From: Candidatus Acutalibacter pullicola
GTDB taxonomy: Bacteria > Bacillota > Clostridia > Oscillospirales > Acutalibacteraceae
Length of the DNA: 64,000 bases
Assembly (NCBI GenBank): GCA_019320095.1
Contig: DWXG01000004.1
Span: 11,678 to 75,677, forward strand
Direction of reading: 5' to 3'
The notes beneath the pieces were generated by a model. It was not told the origin of the DNA. It saw only the letters and a program-made list of their open reading frames with translations, and made no database searches. The translations under genes and the position numbers were made by a program. How positions within the stretch are numbered: the first letter of the stretch is position 1; the number at the start of each line of letters is the position of its first letter. Of this stretch, positions 48,205 through 57,910 are shown piece by piece.

Positions 48205-49476
48205 ATGAAAAAACAAGGAAACGATCCCCTGCAGGAGGAGCTGCGCTCCTCCCAGATCTATAAAACCTTAACCGGGTCCGGCATTCCCATGGCGGGAAAA
48301 ATCGCCCAGGGTTTGGGCAAGGCTGCCCAAGGGCTGGATCAGGCTCTAAACCTGGGCCGAAACGCCGGGCACAACGCTGGAAACGGGCACCCCTATCAGG
48401 CGCCTCCCGCCAGCGGAACCTACCGTCCTCCCACCCAGGGGACCTATCCGGGCCCTCAGCAGACAGCCCCGCCCCAACAGGGGCAAAGCGGTCCCCAGGG
48501 CGGCGCGACGCCTCCCGCCTCGGGAAAGAATCCCGGCTCTTCCGGGCAAACGGTGAACGGCTACTATCACTACGCCGCCCAACGAGGCCCCTCCACCCGA
48601 CAGACCCAGCAGCCCCGCCCCGCCCAGGGAACCTACGTCCCTCCCAACAAGGCCCAGCGGGAAGCGGCGGCCCACCGAGCTGCGGCTGCTCGCCACGCCG
48701 CGCAGCAACAGGCTGCGGCAGCCCGACAGGCGGCGAAGACAGCCGGGGGCCAGCCGGACCCCAACCAGCCCCCCATGAAGCTGGTGCGCACAGGCAGCCC
48801 TGCCAAATTTTATATTACAGCGGCTGTGGCGCTGGTGTATGCCCTGTCCTTTCCCCTGTATGAAGTGCATCACTTTGTGATTTTTGCAGCTGTCTTGGTG
48901 CTGGTATTTTTCCTGTCCGGGGCACTGTTCCGGGGGAAAAAGGTCTTTGTCCCTGTAGAAGCGGAAAAGCCGCGGGAAGAACCCAAACCCAAGCCCGCGC
49001 CGGAAAAAGTGGAGAAGTCCCAGACAGGCAACCCGGAGGTGGACAAGATCATCGACGAGGGCCGGGAGTATTTAAAAAAGCTCCGGGCGGCAGACGACGC
49101 CATCCCCGACGAAACCCTCTCGGAGGACATCACCCGCATGGAGCGGGCCAGCGCGGACATTTTCCGGTACATTGCCGACCATCCGGAAAAAGCCCCCCAG
49201 ATTCGCAAATTCATGAACTACTACCTGCCCACCACATTGAAGCTGCTGGGCAGCTATCAGCGGCTTTCCGCCCAAAACGTGAAGGGGGAAAATATCACCT
49301 CCACGCTTTTTAACATCGCCGGCATGATGCACACGGTGGCGGACGCCTTTGAAAAGCAGCTGGACGCCCTCTACGCAGAAGAGGCTATGGACATCTCTGC
49401 GGACATCACCGTGTTTGAAACCCTGTTAAAACAAGAGGGCTTTGTGGACGAAGAAAAACAGGAAGAAACGAAATAA
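48205..49476 (+). CDS. xpaC: XpaC-like (5-bromo-4-chloroindolyl phosphate hydrolysis family) protein with a long low-complexity N-terminus
   Basis: RKFMNYYLPTTLKLL..Y, AFEKQLD.L, D.SADI.V; two TM helices; lies upstream of telA. Confidence 0.8.
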   Translation: MKKQGNDPLQEELRSSQIYKTLTGSGIPMAGKIAQGLGKAAQGLDQALNLGRNAGHNAGNGHPYQAPPASGTYRPPTQGTYPGPQQTAPPQQGQSGPQGGATPPASGKNPGSSGQTVNGYYHYAAQRGPSTRQTQQPRPAQGTYVPPNKAQREAAAHRAAAARHAAQQQAAAARQAAKTAGGQPDPNQPPMKLVRTGSPAKFYITAAVALVYALSFPLYEVHHFVIFAAVLVLVFFLSGALFRGKKVFVPVEAEKPREEPKPKPAPEKVEKSQTGNPEVDKIIDEGREYLKKLRAADDAIPDETLSEDITRMERASADIFRYIADHPEKAPQIRKFMNYYLPTTLKLLGSYQRLSAQNVKGENITSTLFNIAGMMHTVADAFEKQLDALYAEEAMDISADITVFETLLKQEGFVDEEKQEETK

Positions 49477-49483
49477 AAAAAGT

Positions 49484-49503
49484 AAAGCGGCGTAAAGTTT
49501 TCG
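49484..49503 (-). repeat. partial copy of the dispersed repeat
   Basis: minus-strand CGAAAACTTTACGCCGCTTT is identical to 63274-63293. Confidence 0.55.
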
Positions 49504-49713
49504 GATGCTGGCGCCCGGCGGGCGCCAACGCCGACCCAGGCGGCAGGCGAGAAAGGGCAGCGTCCTACGGCCGGAAAGCAGCGCAAAGCGGTGGCTGCCC
49601 GCACCGGGCAAGCCGGCTTTCCGCGTTGTGCAGAGCCGGAAAGAGTATGGCTAACCCTGCGGCGCCGCCCGCCCCATCCCCTATAGCAAGAAATTCCCAA
49701 GGAGGTTAGAAGC

Positions 49714-50898
49714 ATGCCCGATGAAAGCAAATTGACCATGGACGCCCCTGTGCCCCAAATGCCCTCCCTCACGCTGGAGGGTGTGGAGACCCCGTCCCTC
49801 ACCTTGACCCCCGAAGAGGCCGCCCCGGCCCCCAAGCAGGTGCAGGAGGATGAGATCTCCACCTTGGACGAAAGCGTCCTCTCCCCGGAGGAGCGGAAGG
49901 TGGTGGACGATTTTGCAGAAAAAATTGACCTGACCAACAGCACCCTCGTGCTGCAGTACGGGTCTGCCGCCCAGAAGAAAATCGCCTCCTTTTCCGACAA
50001 CACCTTAAACAACGTGCGCACCAAAGACTTGGGAGAGGTGGGCAATCAGATCTCCCAACTGGTGGTGGAGCTCAAGGGCTTTGACGTAGAAGAAGAGGAA
50101 AAGAAAGGCTTTTTCGGCTTTTTCAAAAACACCGGCAATAAGATCACCGCTATGAAGGCCAAGTACGACACCGCCGAGCAAAACGTGAACAAAATCGCCG
50201 GTGCGCTGGAAAGCCACCAGGTGCAGCTGCTCAAGGACATTGTCATGCTGGACAAGCTCTACGAGATGAACCTCTCCTACCACAAGGAGCTTTCCATGTA
50301 TATCATCGCCGGCAAGAAAAAGCTGAAAAAAGAGCGGGAGACCACCTTGGTGCAGCTGGAAAACAAGGCGAAGCTCTCCGGCTTGGCAGAGGACGCCCAG
50401 GCCGCCAACGACTACGCCCAGATGTGCGACAACTTTGAGAAGAAGCTCCACGACCTGGAGCTGACCCGCATGGTCAGCGTGCAGATGAGCCCCCAGATCC
50501 GCCTGGTGCAAAACAACGACAAGCTCATGGCGGACAAGATCCAGTCCACCTTGGTGAACACCATTCCCCTGTGGAAGAGCCAGATGGTGCTGGCCCTGGG
50601 CCTGGCCCACTCCGAGCAGGCAGTGAAGGCCCAGCGGGAAGTTTCCAACATGACCAACGAGCTGCTGCGGAAAAACGCAGAGCGCTTGAAGATGAGCACC
50701 ATTGAGACCGCCCGGGAGTCTGAGCGGGGCGTGGTGGATATGGAGACCCTGCGCCAGACCAACCAGTCCTTGATTCAGACCTTGGACGAGGTGGTAAAAA
50801 TCCAGGACGAGGGCCGCCAGAAACGCCGGGAGGCCGAGGCGGAAATCGGCCGTTTGGAGGGCGAGCTGAAGCAGAAACTGCTGGACATCCACACCTGA
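49714..50898 (+). CDS. telA: toxic anion resistance protein (TelA/YaaN)
   Basis: QYG..AQ..IA.FS, KK.HDL.LTR, PQIRLVQ.N, NTIPLWKSQ, ERG.VD.ETL. Confidence 0.9.
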   Translation: MPDESKLTMDAPVPQMPSLTLEGVETPSLTLTPEEAAPAPKQVQEDEISTLDESVLSPEERKVVDDFAEKIDLTNSTLVLQYGSAAQKKIASFSDNTLNNVRTKDLGEVGNQISQLVVELKGFDVEEEEKKGFFGFFKNTGNKITAMKAKYDTAEQNVNKIAGALESHQVQLLKDIVMLDKLYEMNLSYHKELSMYIIAGKKKLKKERETTLVQLENKAKLSGLAEDAQAANDYAQMCDNFEKKLHDLELTRMVSVQMSPQIRLVQNNDKLMADKIQSTLVNTIPLWKSQMVLALGLAHSEQAVKAQREVSNMTNELLRKNAERLKMSTIETARESERGVVDMETLRQTNQSLIQTLDEVVKIQDEGRQKRREAEAEIGRLEGELKQKLLDIHT

Positions 50899-50940
50899 AA
50901 AACCAGCATCCCAAAGCCCTAAAAAAGGAGGTTTTCAAAC

Positions 50941-51495
50941 GTGAAAAAAAGCAGTGTCATTGGCGCCTGCGTGCTGGCGGCGACTCTTGTGCTGGCTGTT
51001 CCGCTGGGAGTGCACACCTCCCTGACAGCGCTGCGGGACGAGGCCAACTCCTCTTATTACTACGATCAAACCGGCTTTGCCATTTACGAAGGCATTGAGA
51101 ATCGGGAGGCCGCTGCCAGCAACATGATCACTGTGGCGGAACGCTACACCGACGAAAACCCTGCCCTCACCAGCTTGATCGGGGATTTGGACTACGCGGT
51201 GGACTATTCCCAAAACTGCTGGGACGGCGACTCGGGCTTGGCGGAGGCCAACCAGCTGATGGGCCAGGCGGCGCAGGCCCTCTACGAGGAGCTGAAAAAC
51301 ACCCAGCTCTCCGAAACAGACGAAAAATACCCGGACCAGCTCCTCGCCCAGATGGAGTCGGAGCAGGATAAAATCAACCGCTCCAGCTACAACGAGGACG
51401 CCCGGGAGTTCAACGCCCGGCTGGAGAAATTCCCGGTGAACCTGCTCCGGGGCGTGGCGGGGGTAGAGCCCCTGGCCACCTTTGACTACGAATGA
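50941..51495 (+). CDS. LemA-like protein
   Basis: N-terminal TM/signal; C-terminal YNEDAREFN..LEKFP.NL LemA signature; adjacent to a TPM gene. Confidence 0.65.
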   Translation: MKKSSVIGACVLAATLVLAVPLGVHTSLTALRDEANSSYYYDQTGFAIYEGIENREAAASNMITVAERYTDENPALTSLIGDLDYAVDYSQNCWDGDSGLAEANQLMGQAAQALYEELKNTQLSETDEKYPDQLLAQMESEQDKINRSSYNEDAREFNARLEKFPVNLLRGVAGVEPLATFDYE

Positions 51496-51509
51496 AAGGG
51501 GGCGCCCCC

Positions 51510-52496
51510 ATGAAGGGAGCCACGCACACACGTCTTCCTAAAAAAGCCCTGAGCCTGCTGCTTTCCTTGGCGCTGGCTTTCTGCCTGGCGGTTCCGGCGC
51601 TGGCGGCCTATCCGGACCGGCCGGAGAACCAGTACGTGCTGGACGAGGCCGACGTTCTCTCGGAGGAGACGGAGCAGGAGATCATTGCGGAGAACCAGGA
51701 CTTGTTCCAGGAAACCGGCGCCCAGATTGTAGTGGTGGCGGTGGACTTCCTGGACGGGGAAGAGATCGACGACTACGCCTACTCCCTGTTCAACATCTGG
51801 GGCATCGGTTCCCAGGAGCGCAACAACGGCCTGCTGCTGCTTTTGGCCATTGGGGAGGACAATTACTACGCCCAGGCGGGCACCGGCATTGAGGACTACT
51901 TTGACGGGGCCAAACTTCAGGACATGCTGGATGAGTACTTGGAGCCGGATTTCGCCACCCGGGAATACGACGCCGGGGTGGAGAAGTTCTTCCAGGCAGC
52001 TCTGTCCGACATGGAGAGCTACTACGCCAACTACACCGACGAGTACACAGACTCCCAAGAGGACCCCACCTATGAGGAGGACTACGACACCTCCTACGAG
52101 CCCAGTTTTGGCGAACGGATGGGCTACTTCTTCAGCAACCTCTTTGACAGGATCGCAGGGATCCTGGTGGTTGTGGTGGTGGTTTTCCTGATTATGGCAG
52201 TCCTGCGGGGCATGCGGGGCGGGGGCGGTCCCCGTTCCGGGGGCGGCGGAGGCGGCGGCTTCTGGTCCGGACTGTTCCTGGGCAACATGCTGGGACGTTC
52301 CCGCCGGAGGTACGGCTGGCGGCCTCCCCCGCCTCCTCCTGGTGGCTTTGGGCCCCGTCCTCCTCGGGGAGGCGGCGGCTTTGGGGGCTTCCGCGGGGGC
52401 GGCTCCGGCGGTTTCGGCGGCGGCGCGGGCCGCGGTGGTGGCGGAGGCTTCCACGGCGGTGGCGGCAGCCGCGGGGGCGGCGCCGGCAGGCGATAA
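51510..52496 (+). CDS. TPM-domain protein with a Gly/Arg-rich tail
   Basis: YVLDEA.VLS, QIVVV, WGIG...NNG.LLLLA; TM helix; GGG-rich C-terminus. Confidence 0.88.
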   Translation: MKGATHTRLPKKALSLLLSLALAFCLAVPALAAYPDRPENQYVLDEADVLSEETEQEIIAENQDLFQETGAQIVVVAVDFLDGEEIDDYAYSLFNIWGIGSQERNNGLLLLLAIGEDNYYAQAGTGIEDYFDGAKLQDMLDEYLEPDFATREYDAGVEKFFQAALSDMESYYANYTDEYTDSQEDPTYEEDYDTSYEPSFGERMGYFFSNLFDRIAGILVVVVVVFLIMAVLRGMRGGGGPRSGGGGGGGFWSGLFLGNMLGRSRRRYGWRPPPPPPGGFGPRPPRGGGGFGGFRGGGSGGFGGGAGRGGGGGFHGGGGSRGGGAGRR

Positions 52497-52508
52497 CAGA
52501 TTTTTTGA

Positions 52509-52542
52509 AAAAGGACGTCCGCTTGTTTTGGGACGTCCTTTT
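52509..52542 (+). terminator. intrinsic terminator
   Basis: AAAAGGACGTCC/GGACGTCCTTTT. Confidence 0.75.
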
Positions 52543-52559
52543 CCAAAACCAGCTTCGCT

Positions 52560-52820
52560 GGCTTTCCGTCCTTTCTTGAAAGAAAGGACCAAAGAACTTT
52601 TACGTCGCAGGGCGGAGCGCAAGCCGCTCCTTTGCCCGGGACAAACTGCAGGTTTTGTGTCCGCGTTTTATGTCAGTGTCAGATAGGTCTAGTTCGAATC
52701 CCCTTTTGCTGGCTTCTGTTCTTTTTCAAAAAGAAGGGCTCAAAGAACTTTTACGTCGCGGGGTGGAGTGTAGGCCGCTCCTTTGCCCGGAGTACACTGT
52801 GGGTCTTGTGTCCGCGAGTG
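52560..52820 (+). repeat. two tandem degenerate copies (151-bp period) of the dispersed repeat
   Basis: CAAAGAACTTTTACGTCGC...GCCGCTCCTTTGCCCGG...TTGTGTCCGCG starting at 52590 and 52741. Confidence 0.85.
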
Positions 52821-52890
52821 TTTGCAGAGAAGGAAGGGCTGCTTTAGAGGGCCCCGTGTAGAAGGTAGTCGCTACCCAGAAAGGAGCGCC

Positions 52891-53556
52891 ATGAAACGAT
52901 ATTTTCTCTTCGATTTGGACGGCACCGTGGCAGACAACGGGGAGGGCATTCTCCAATCGGCCCAATACGCCCTGGACGCCTTCGGCATCCACAACGAGCC
53001 GGTGGAGCGGCTGCGCCGGTTTGTGGGGCCGCCCCTGCACGAGTCCTTTATGGAGCTGTACGGCTTTTCCAAAGAGCAGGCCTTCGCCGCTGTGGAAAAG
53101 TACCGGGAGCGCTACCGGGTCAAGGGCGTGTACGAGAACCAGCTCTACCCTGGCATGCAGGAGCTGCTGGCCCGGCTGTCCCAGCAGGCTGTGGTGTGTT
53201 TGGCCACCTCCAAGCCGGAGGTGTTCGCCAGGACCATCTTGGAGACACGGCAGGTGCTGCCCTGCTTCCAGGTGGTGGTGGGCGCCCAGCTGGACGGCTC
53301 CCGCACAGACAAGGCGGAAGTCATTGGAGAAGTGCTTCGCCAGCTGGACCATCCCCCCAAGGAGCAGGCGGTGATGATCGGCGACCGAAAGCACGACATC
53401 CTGGGGGCCCAGAAAGCGGGGCTGGATTCCATTGGTGTGGAGTACGGCTTTGCCCCGCCGGGAGAGCTGGCGGAGGCCGGGGCCCAGTGGATTGTCCCCA
53501 CAGTGGCGGAACTGGAAAAGCTGTGCCTGTCCCTGTGTGGGGCGGGCCGAGCATAA
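52891..53556 (+). CDS. HAD hydrolase (phosphoglycolate phosphatase / nucleotidase-like)
   Basis: FDLDGT, FVGPPL, ATSKP, MIGDR.HD. Confidence 0.88.
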   Translation: MKRYFLFDLDGTVADNGEGILQSAQYALDAFGIHNEPVERLRRFVGPPLHESFMELYGFSKEQAFAAVEKYRERYRVKGVYENQLYPGMQELLARLSQQAVVCLATSKPEVFARTILETRQVLPCFQVVVGAQLDGSRTDKAEVIGEVLRQLDHPPKEQAVMIGDRKHDILGAQKAGLDSIGVEYGFAPPGELAEAGAQWIVPTVAELEKLCLSLCGAGRA

Positions 53557-53569
53557 GGAGGAGCGTCCC

Positions 53570-54100
53570 ATGGCGAAGAAAGTGCTGGTTGTGGTAGACA
53601 TGCAGAACGACTTTATCACCGGCAGTCTGGGCACCCCGGAGGCCCAGGTCATTGTGCCCCGGGTGGTGGAGAAAATCCAGGGGTTTGAGGGGCTGGTGCT
53701 CTTCACCCAGGACACCCACGGAGAGGACTACCTCCAAACCCAGGAGGGGAAGAACCTGCCGGTGGAGCACTGCCGCAAGGGCGCCTGGGGCTGGCAGCTG
53801 GAGCCCCGGGTGGAAGCGGTGCGCACCAGCACTCCCATCGAAAAATCTACCTTTGGCAGCAAGGGCTTGGCGGAGGTGCTGAAAGCCCGGCACACCTATG
53901 AAGAGCCCCTGGAGGAAATTCAGCTGGTGGGATTGTGCACGGACATTTGTGTCATCTCCAACGCCCTGCTGCTCAAGGCTTATCTGCCCGAAGTGCCCCT
54001 TACGGTGGACGCTAGCTGCTGCGCAGGCGTCACCCCGGAGAGCCACCAGCGTGCCTTGGAAGCTATGGAGGCCTGCCAGATCCGCGTGGTACGCCCCTAG
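53570..54100 (+). CDS. cysteine hydrolase (nicotinamidase/isochorismatase family)
   Basis: VDMQNDF, DTH, HC, K.TFG, GLCTDICV. Confidence 0.88.
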   Translation: MAKKVLVVVDMQNDFITGSLGTPEAQVIVPRVVEKIQGFEGLVLFTQDTHGEDYLQTQEGKNLPVEHCRKGAWGWQLEPRVEAVRTSTPIEKSTFGSKGLAEVLKARHTYEEPLEEIQLVGLCTDICVISNALLLKAYLPEVPLTVDASCCAGVTPESHQRALEAMEACQIRVVRP

Positions 54101-54114
54101 AACTTGAGAAAAGC

Positions 54115-54154
54115 AAGAACGTCCCGGAAACCGTTTCTGGGGCGTTCTTTTTTT
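54115..54154 (+). terminator. intrinsic terminator
   Basis: AAGAACGTCCCGGAAA/TTTCTGGGGCGTTCTT followed by a T-tract. Confidence 0.8.
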
Positions 54155-54352
54155 GCCGCCTTTAGGCTTAACAACCCTCTGGTCCTACCAGGGGGAAAGA
54201 AAAAAGCCTGGGCGAAAATGGATGGGAAAATGGAAGGAACTGGTTTTCCAGGTGTGGAGCAAGCAATGGGATGGCATTCTTTCAGCAAGTACCGGCCCCT
54301 CTGGGGTCTGAGCAGGCCACTGGTTTCCAAGTGGTTTTGCTTGCGTCTCCCC

Positions 54353-54390
54353 TTGACTTTCTATTGTTTTGATAGTATAATGCTATCAAA
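54353..54390 (+). promoter_or_regulatory. sigmaA promoter with a palindromic operator over the -10 box
   Basis: TTGACT-17-TATAAT; TTTGATAGTAT-A-ATGCTATCAAA palindrome at 54368-54390. Confidence 0.75.
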
Positions 54391-54420
54391 CAGAAAGCTT
54401 GAAAAGGAGTGTTATTGAAA

Positions 54421-55419
54421 ATGGAAACCCAAGAAAAGATCGTCAACCGCTACGTAGAAAAGCCGGTAAAGACTAAAAACGGCTTTGCCATGCTGGCTTT
54501 GATTGTGGTGCTGTTCCTAGGCAGCATCGCTGTGGCCATTCTGGGACCGGTGTGCTTCTCCGCCACCAACGTGCCTTTGGCGGTGTTCTTGGTGGTGCTG
54601 GGAGCTGTGGTGTTTGTATTCGACCTGTTCCTCATGCCTGGTCTGAAAATCCTGAATCCCAATGAGGCATTGGTGCTGACTCTGTTCGGCAAGTACCACG
54701 GCACCCTGAAAAAGGACGGCTATTTCTGGGTGAACCCCTTCTGCGAGGGCATCAACCCCGGGGCCCAGGGCTCGTCTATGACCACCAACCTCAACGGCTC
54801 CACCACGGTGAGCCTGGGGAGCAACAAAAAGATCTCCCTGAAGACCATGACCTTGAACAATGAGAAACAAACTGTCAACGACGAACGGGGCAACCCCATC
54901 ATCATCGGCACCATTGTGATCTGGCGGATTGTGGACACCACCAAGGCGGTGTTCAACGTGCAGAACTACCGGACCTTCCTCTCCACCCAGTGCGACTCCG
55001 CCACTCGGAACATCGCCCGGATGTATCCCTACGACCTGCTGGAAGAGGACAGCAGCAACGAAAAGACCCTGCGGGGCAGCAGCCAGGAGATTGCCGACAT
55101 GATGAAGCAGGACTTGCAGGAGCGTGTGGCCATTGCGGGATTGGAGATTCTGGAGGTGCGCATCACCCACCTGTCCTACGCCCCGGAGATTGCCGCGGCC
55201 ATGCTTCAGCGGCAGCAGGCAGAGGCCATTGTGGCAGCCCGGAAGAAGATTGTAGAGGGCGCTGTGGGCATGGTGGAAATGGCTCTGGAGCAGCTGAACG
55301 ACGACCGCATTGTGGACCTGGACGAGGAGCGCAAAGCTGCCATGGTGTCCAACCTGCTGGTGGTGCTCTGCGGCAATAAGGACGCCCAGCCCATTGTGAA
55401 CAGCGGGTCCATCTACTAA
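54421..55419 (+). CDS. SPFH/band-7 domain membrane protein
   Basis: two TM helices; [35 protein letters not shown]. Confidence 0.88.
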   Translation: METQEKIVNRYVEKPVKTKNGFAMLALIVVLFLGSIAVAILGPVCFSATNVPLAVFLVVLGAVVFVFDLFLMPGLKILNPNEALVLTLFGKYHGTLKKDGYFWVNPFCEGINPGAQGSSMTTNLNGSTTVSLGSNKKISLKTMTLNNEKQTVNDERGNPIIIGTIVIWRIVDTTKAVFNVQNYRTFLSTQCDSATRNIARMYPYDLLEEDSSNEKTLRGSSQEIADMMKQDLQERVAIAGLEILEVRITHLSYAPEIAAAMLQRQQAEAIVAARKKIVEGAVGMVEMALEQLNDDRIVDLDEERKAAMVSNLLVVLCGNKDAQPIVNSGSIY

Positions 55420-55436
55420 GCAAAGGCAGTGATGGA

Positions 55437-55610
55437 ATGGAGCAAAAGGAAAAGGGAAAAAAGCAAATTCTGCTGCGCATCTCCCCCAAGCTGTGGGAGG
55501 AGCTGGCAGCCTGGGCCGAAGACGACTTTCGGTCCATCAACGGGCAGATCGAGTATTTGCTGACAGAGTGCGTCAAAAAGCGGAGAAAAGGCAAAGACGA
55601 AGCCCCCTAA
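55437..55610 (+). CDS. Arc/ribbon-helix-helix DNA-binding protein (57 aa; below the ORF-track cutoff)
   Basis: MEQKEKGKKQILLRISPKLWEELAAWAEDDFRSINGQIEYLLTECV; LR...A....RS.N..I is the Arc pattern. Confidence 0.85.
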   Translation: MEQKEKGKKQILLRISPKLWEELAAWAEDDFRSINGQIEYLLTECVKKRRKGKDEAP

Positions 55611-55630
55611 GGCTGGGAGCCTGGGGGCAT

Positions 55631-55664
55631 AAAAAGGAGCGCGTGGAACACGCGCCCCTTTTTT
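55631..55664. terminator. bidirectional terminator
   Basis: AAAAAGGAGCGCGTG-GAA-CACGCGCCCCTTTTTT. Confidence 0.75.
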
Positions 55665-55672
55665 GCATTCCT

Positions 55673-57013
55673 TCACGGTTTCTTTTTTCTCTCCCTCTCC
55701 TGCTGTTTCCACGCTTGTATCTGCTGCAGACGCTGCGCCACCCGCTGCTCGCTGCCCTGGTCTGTGGGCAGGTAGTAGCGCTTGCCCGCCAGAGATTCCG
55801 GCAAACACTCCATAGCGGTCAGTTTTTCTGCTGTGTCGTGGGCGTATTGGTACCCCTCTCCGTAGTGCAGCTCTTTCATCAGCCGGGTGGGGGCGTTGCG
55901 GATTACCAAGGGTACCGGCTCGGCCAGCATGGACTGGGCGTCCTTCTTAGCGGTCTCATAGGCCACGTACAGGGCGTTGGATTTGGGGGCTAAGGACAGG
56001 TACACCACACAGTGGGTCAAGGTGACGCTGCACTCCGGCATGCCGATGAAATGGCAGGCCTGGTAACAGGCAACAGCCACTTCCAAGGCCCGGGAGTCGG
56101 CCATGCCCACGTCCTCGCTGGCAAAGCGAATGAGCCGCCGGGCCACGTACAGAGGGTCCTCCCCGGCCTCCAGCATCCGGGCCAGCCAGTAGACGGCAGC
56201 ATCCGGGTCGGAGTTGCGCATGGACTTGTGCAGGGCGGAGATCAGGTTGTAGTGCTCCTCACCGTTTTTGTCGTAAAGCAAGCTCTTCCGGTTGGTGCAC
56301 TGCTCCAGAATATCCGAGGTGACGGTGACCGTCTCCCCCTCCCGCCGGCCGTTTAAAACCACCATCTCCAGGGTGCCCAGAGCCGTGCGGGCGTCCCCGT
56401 TGGCAAAGCGGGCAATGGAAGCCAGCATACCCTCTTCCAGGCGAATGTCCTGGCCCCCAAAGCCCCGGGGATCCTGCAGGGCGTTTTGCAGCAGCTCCAC
56501 CAGATTGTCCACGGTGAGGGCCTGCAGCACAAACACCTTGCACCGGGACAAAAGGGCCGCGTTCACCTCAAAGCTGGGATTTTCCGTCGTGGCCCCAATG
56601 AGCACAATGCTGCCCTTTTCCACAAAGGGCAAAAAGGCGTCCTGCTGGGCCTTGTTGAACCGGTGAATCTCGTCCACAAAAAGGATGGTCCGCTCTCCCA
56701 GCAGCCGGTTCTGCTCTGCCTGGGCCATAACGGCCTTGATCTCCTTGATGCCGCTGGTGACGGCGCTGAAGTTGATAAAGTTGGACCGGGTCCTGCCGGC
56801 GATGATGCGGGCCAAGGTGGTCTTGCCCACCCCGGGCGGCCCCCAGAAGATCATGGAGGAGACCCGGTCCTGGTCAATGAGTTGGCGCAGCACCTTGCCC
56901 TCTCCCAGCAGGTGCTCCTGGCCCACAAACTCTTCCAAGGTTTCAGGGCGCATTCGGGTGGCAAGAGGGGTATCCCGAGGATCCTCCCGGGCAAAGAATG
57001 ATTGCTGTTCCAC
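55673..57013 (-). CDS. rarA: replication-associated recombination protein A (RarA/MgsA)
   Basis: PLA.RMRP, GPPGVGKTT, DEIHRFNKAQQD, GATTENPSF, ISALHKS.R.SD, ASEDVG. Confidence 0.95.
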   Translation of the reverse strand: MEQQSFFAREDPRDTPLATRMRPETLEEFVGQEHLLGEGKVLRQLIDQDRVSSMIFWGPPGVGKTTLARIIAGRTRSNFINFSAVTSGIKEIKAVMAQAEQNRLLGERTILFVDEIHRFNKAQQDAFLPFVEKGSIVLIGATTENPSFEVNAALLSRCKVFVLQALTVDNLVELLQNALQDPRGFGGQDIRLEEGMLASIARFANGDARTALGTLEMVVLNGRREGETVTVTSDILEQCTNRKSLLYDKNGEEHYNLISALHKSMRNSDPDAAVYWLARMLEAGEDPLYVARRLIRFASEDVGMADSRALEVAVACYQACHFIGMPECSVTLTHCVVYLSLAPKSNALYVAYETAKKDAQSMLAEPVPLVIRNAPTRLMKELHYGEGYQYAHDTAEKLTAMECLPESLAGKRYYLPTDQGSEQRVAQRLQQIQAWKQQERERKKKP

Positions 57014-57018
57014 GGTGT

Positions 57019-57744
57019 TCACTCCTTTGTTCTGGGTCCTGCCCCCTGGGGCGGAGGGGCGCTGGCTACACGGGGCGCCGCCCAAGCCAGGGCCTTCTTC
57101 CAGCGGCCCTCCACCCCCTTGCCGTGGCCGCCCTTGTTCCACTCCAGCACGGTGTCCACACCCTGCTGCCGGTAGAAGGCGTAAGCCCGGCGGGTGCAAT
57201 CCCCTACAGTGCGCAGCAGGGGCGGGCCGCCAAACTCCTCCCGGTCTCCCAGGGACAGGTAGACTTTCTCCCCCGGGCGGGGCGGGTGCTGTTCCATATA
57301 CGCCAGCCAATGCGGATACCACAGGGAGCCGGACAAAGATCCCGCCAACGAAAACCACTCTCCCTGCCCCTGGGCCCACAGGGCAAACAAACCGCCCAAG
57401 GAATACCCCAGGATCCCCCGGTGCTCCGGCTGGGAGCTGGCGTGAAACTCCCCCTCTAAGCGGGGCAGAATCCCTTCGGTCAAAAAACGGAGATACCCCT
57501 CTCCCCCGCCGGAAAACTGCTCCCCCTCCCGCACCCCGGCGGCGGGCCAGAGGGTGAAGTCCCGATCCCCCTGGGCCTCTCCAAAGAACAACAGCACAGA
57601 GGGAAGCTCTCTGGCAAAAAGGGGAAGTTTGTCCTCCAGATGCCACCCGCAGAGAACCAACAGCGGAAAAGGGCCCGGTCCCTCCGGGACCCAACAGGCG
57701 CAGGAGCGCCCCTCCTGTCTCCACGTGTGCAACAGACCTTTCAC
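57019..57744 (-). CDS. alpha/beta hydrolase (putative esterase)
   Basis: GYSLGG nucleophile elbow, SGSLW, SLGD.E, GGH. Confidence 0.8.
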   Translation of the reverse strand: MKGLLHTWRQEGRSCACWVPEGPGPFPLLVLCGWHLEDKLPLFARELPSVLLFFGEAQGDRDFTLWPAAGVREGEQFSGGGEGYLRFLTEGILPRLEGEFHASSQPEHRGILGYSLGGLFALWAQGQGEWFSLAGSLSGSLWYPHWLAYMEQHPPRPGEKVYLSLGDREEFGGPPLLRTVGDCTRRAYAFYRQQGVDTVLEWNKGGHGKGVEGRWKKALAWAAPRVASAPPPQGAGPRTKE

Positions 57745-57910
57745 GGAACTTCCCCCCTTTGGTTTCATTATAGCTGCCGGCCCTGGGAAAAACAAGCCAT
57801 CCCGGCAGATTTCCGGCCTTGTATTGCCGGAAGTTCCCCGCTATAATAGAGGGAGAACCACCTCTGTTTTTTGCGTATGGACCGCCCCTCCCGGACAAAG
57901 GAGGTAACGT

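Noticed and set aside
52210-52496. GGC-rich low-complexity tract as a repeat element
   Set aside because: It encodes the Gly-rich tail that is normal for TPM-domain proteins
55673-57898. 741-aa RarA with an N-terminal extension
   Set aside because: The extension overlaps the esterase gene in another frame; RBS plus GTG at 57013 gives a normal RarA
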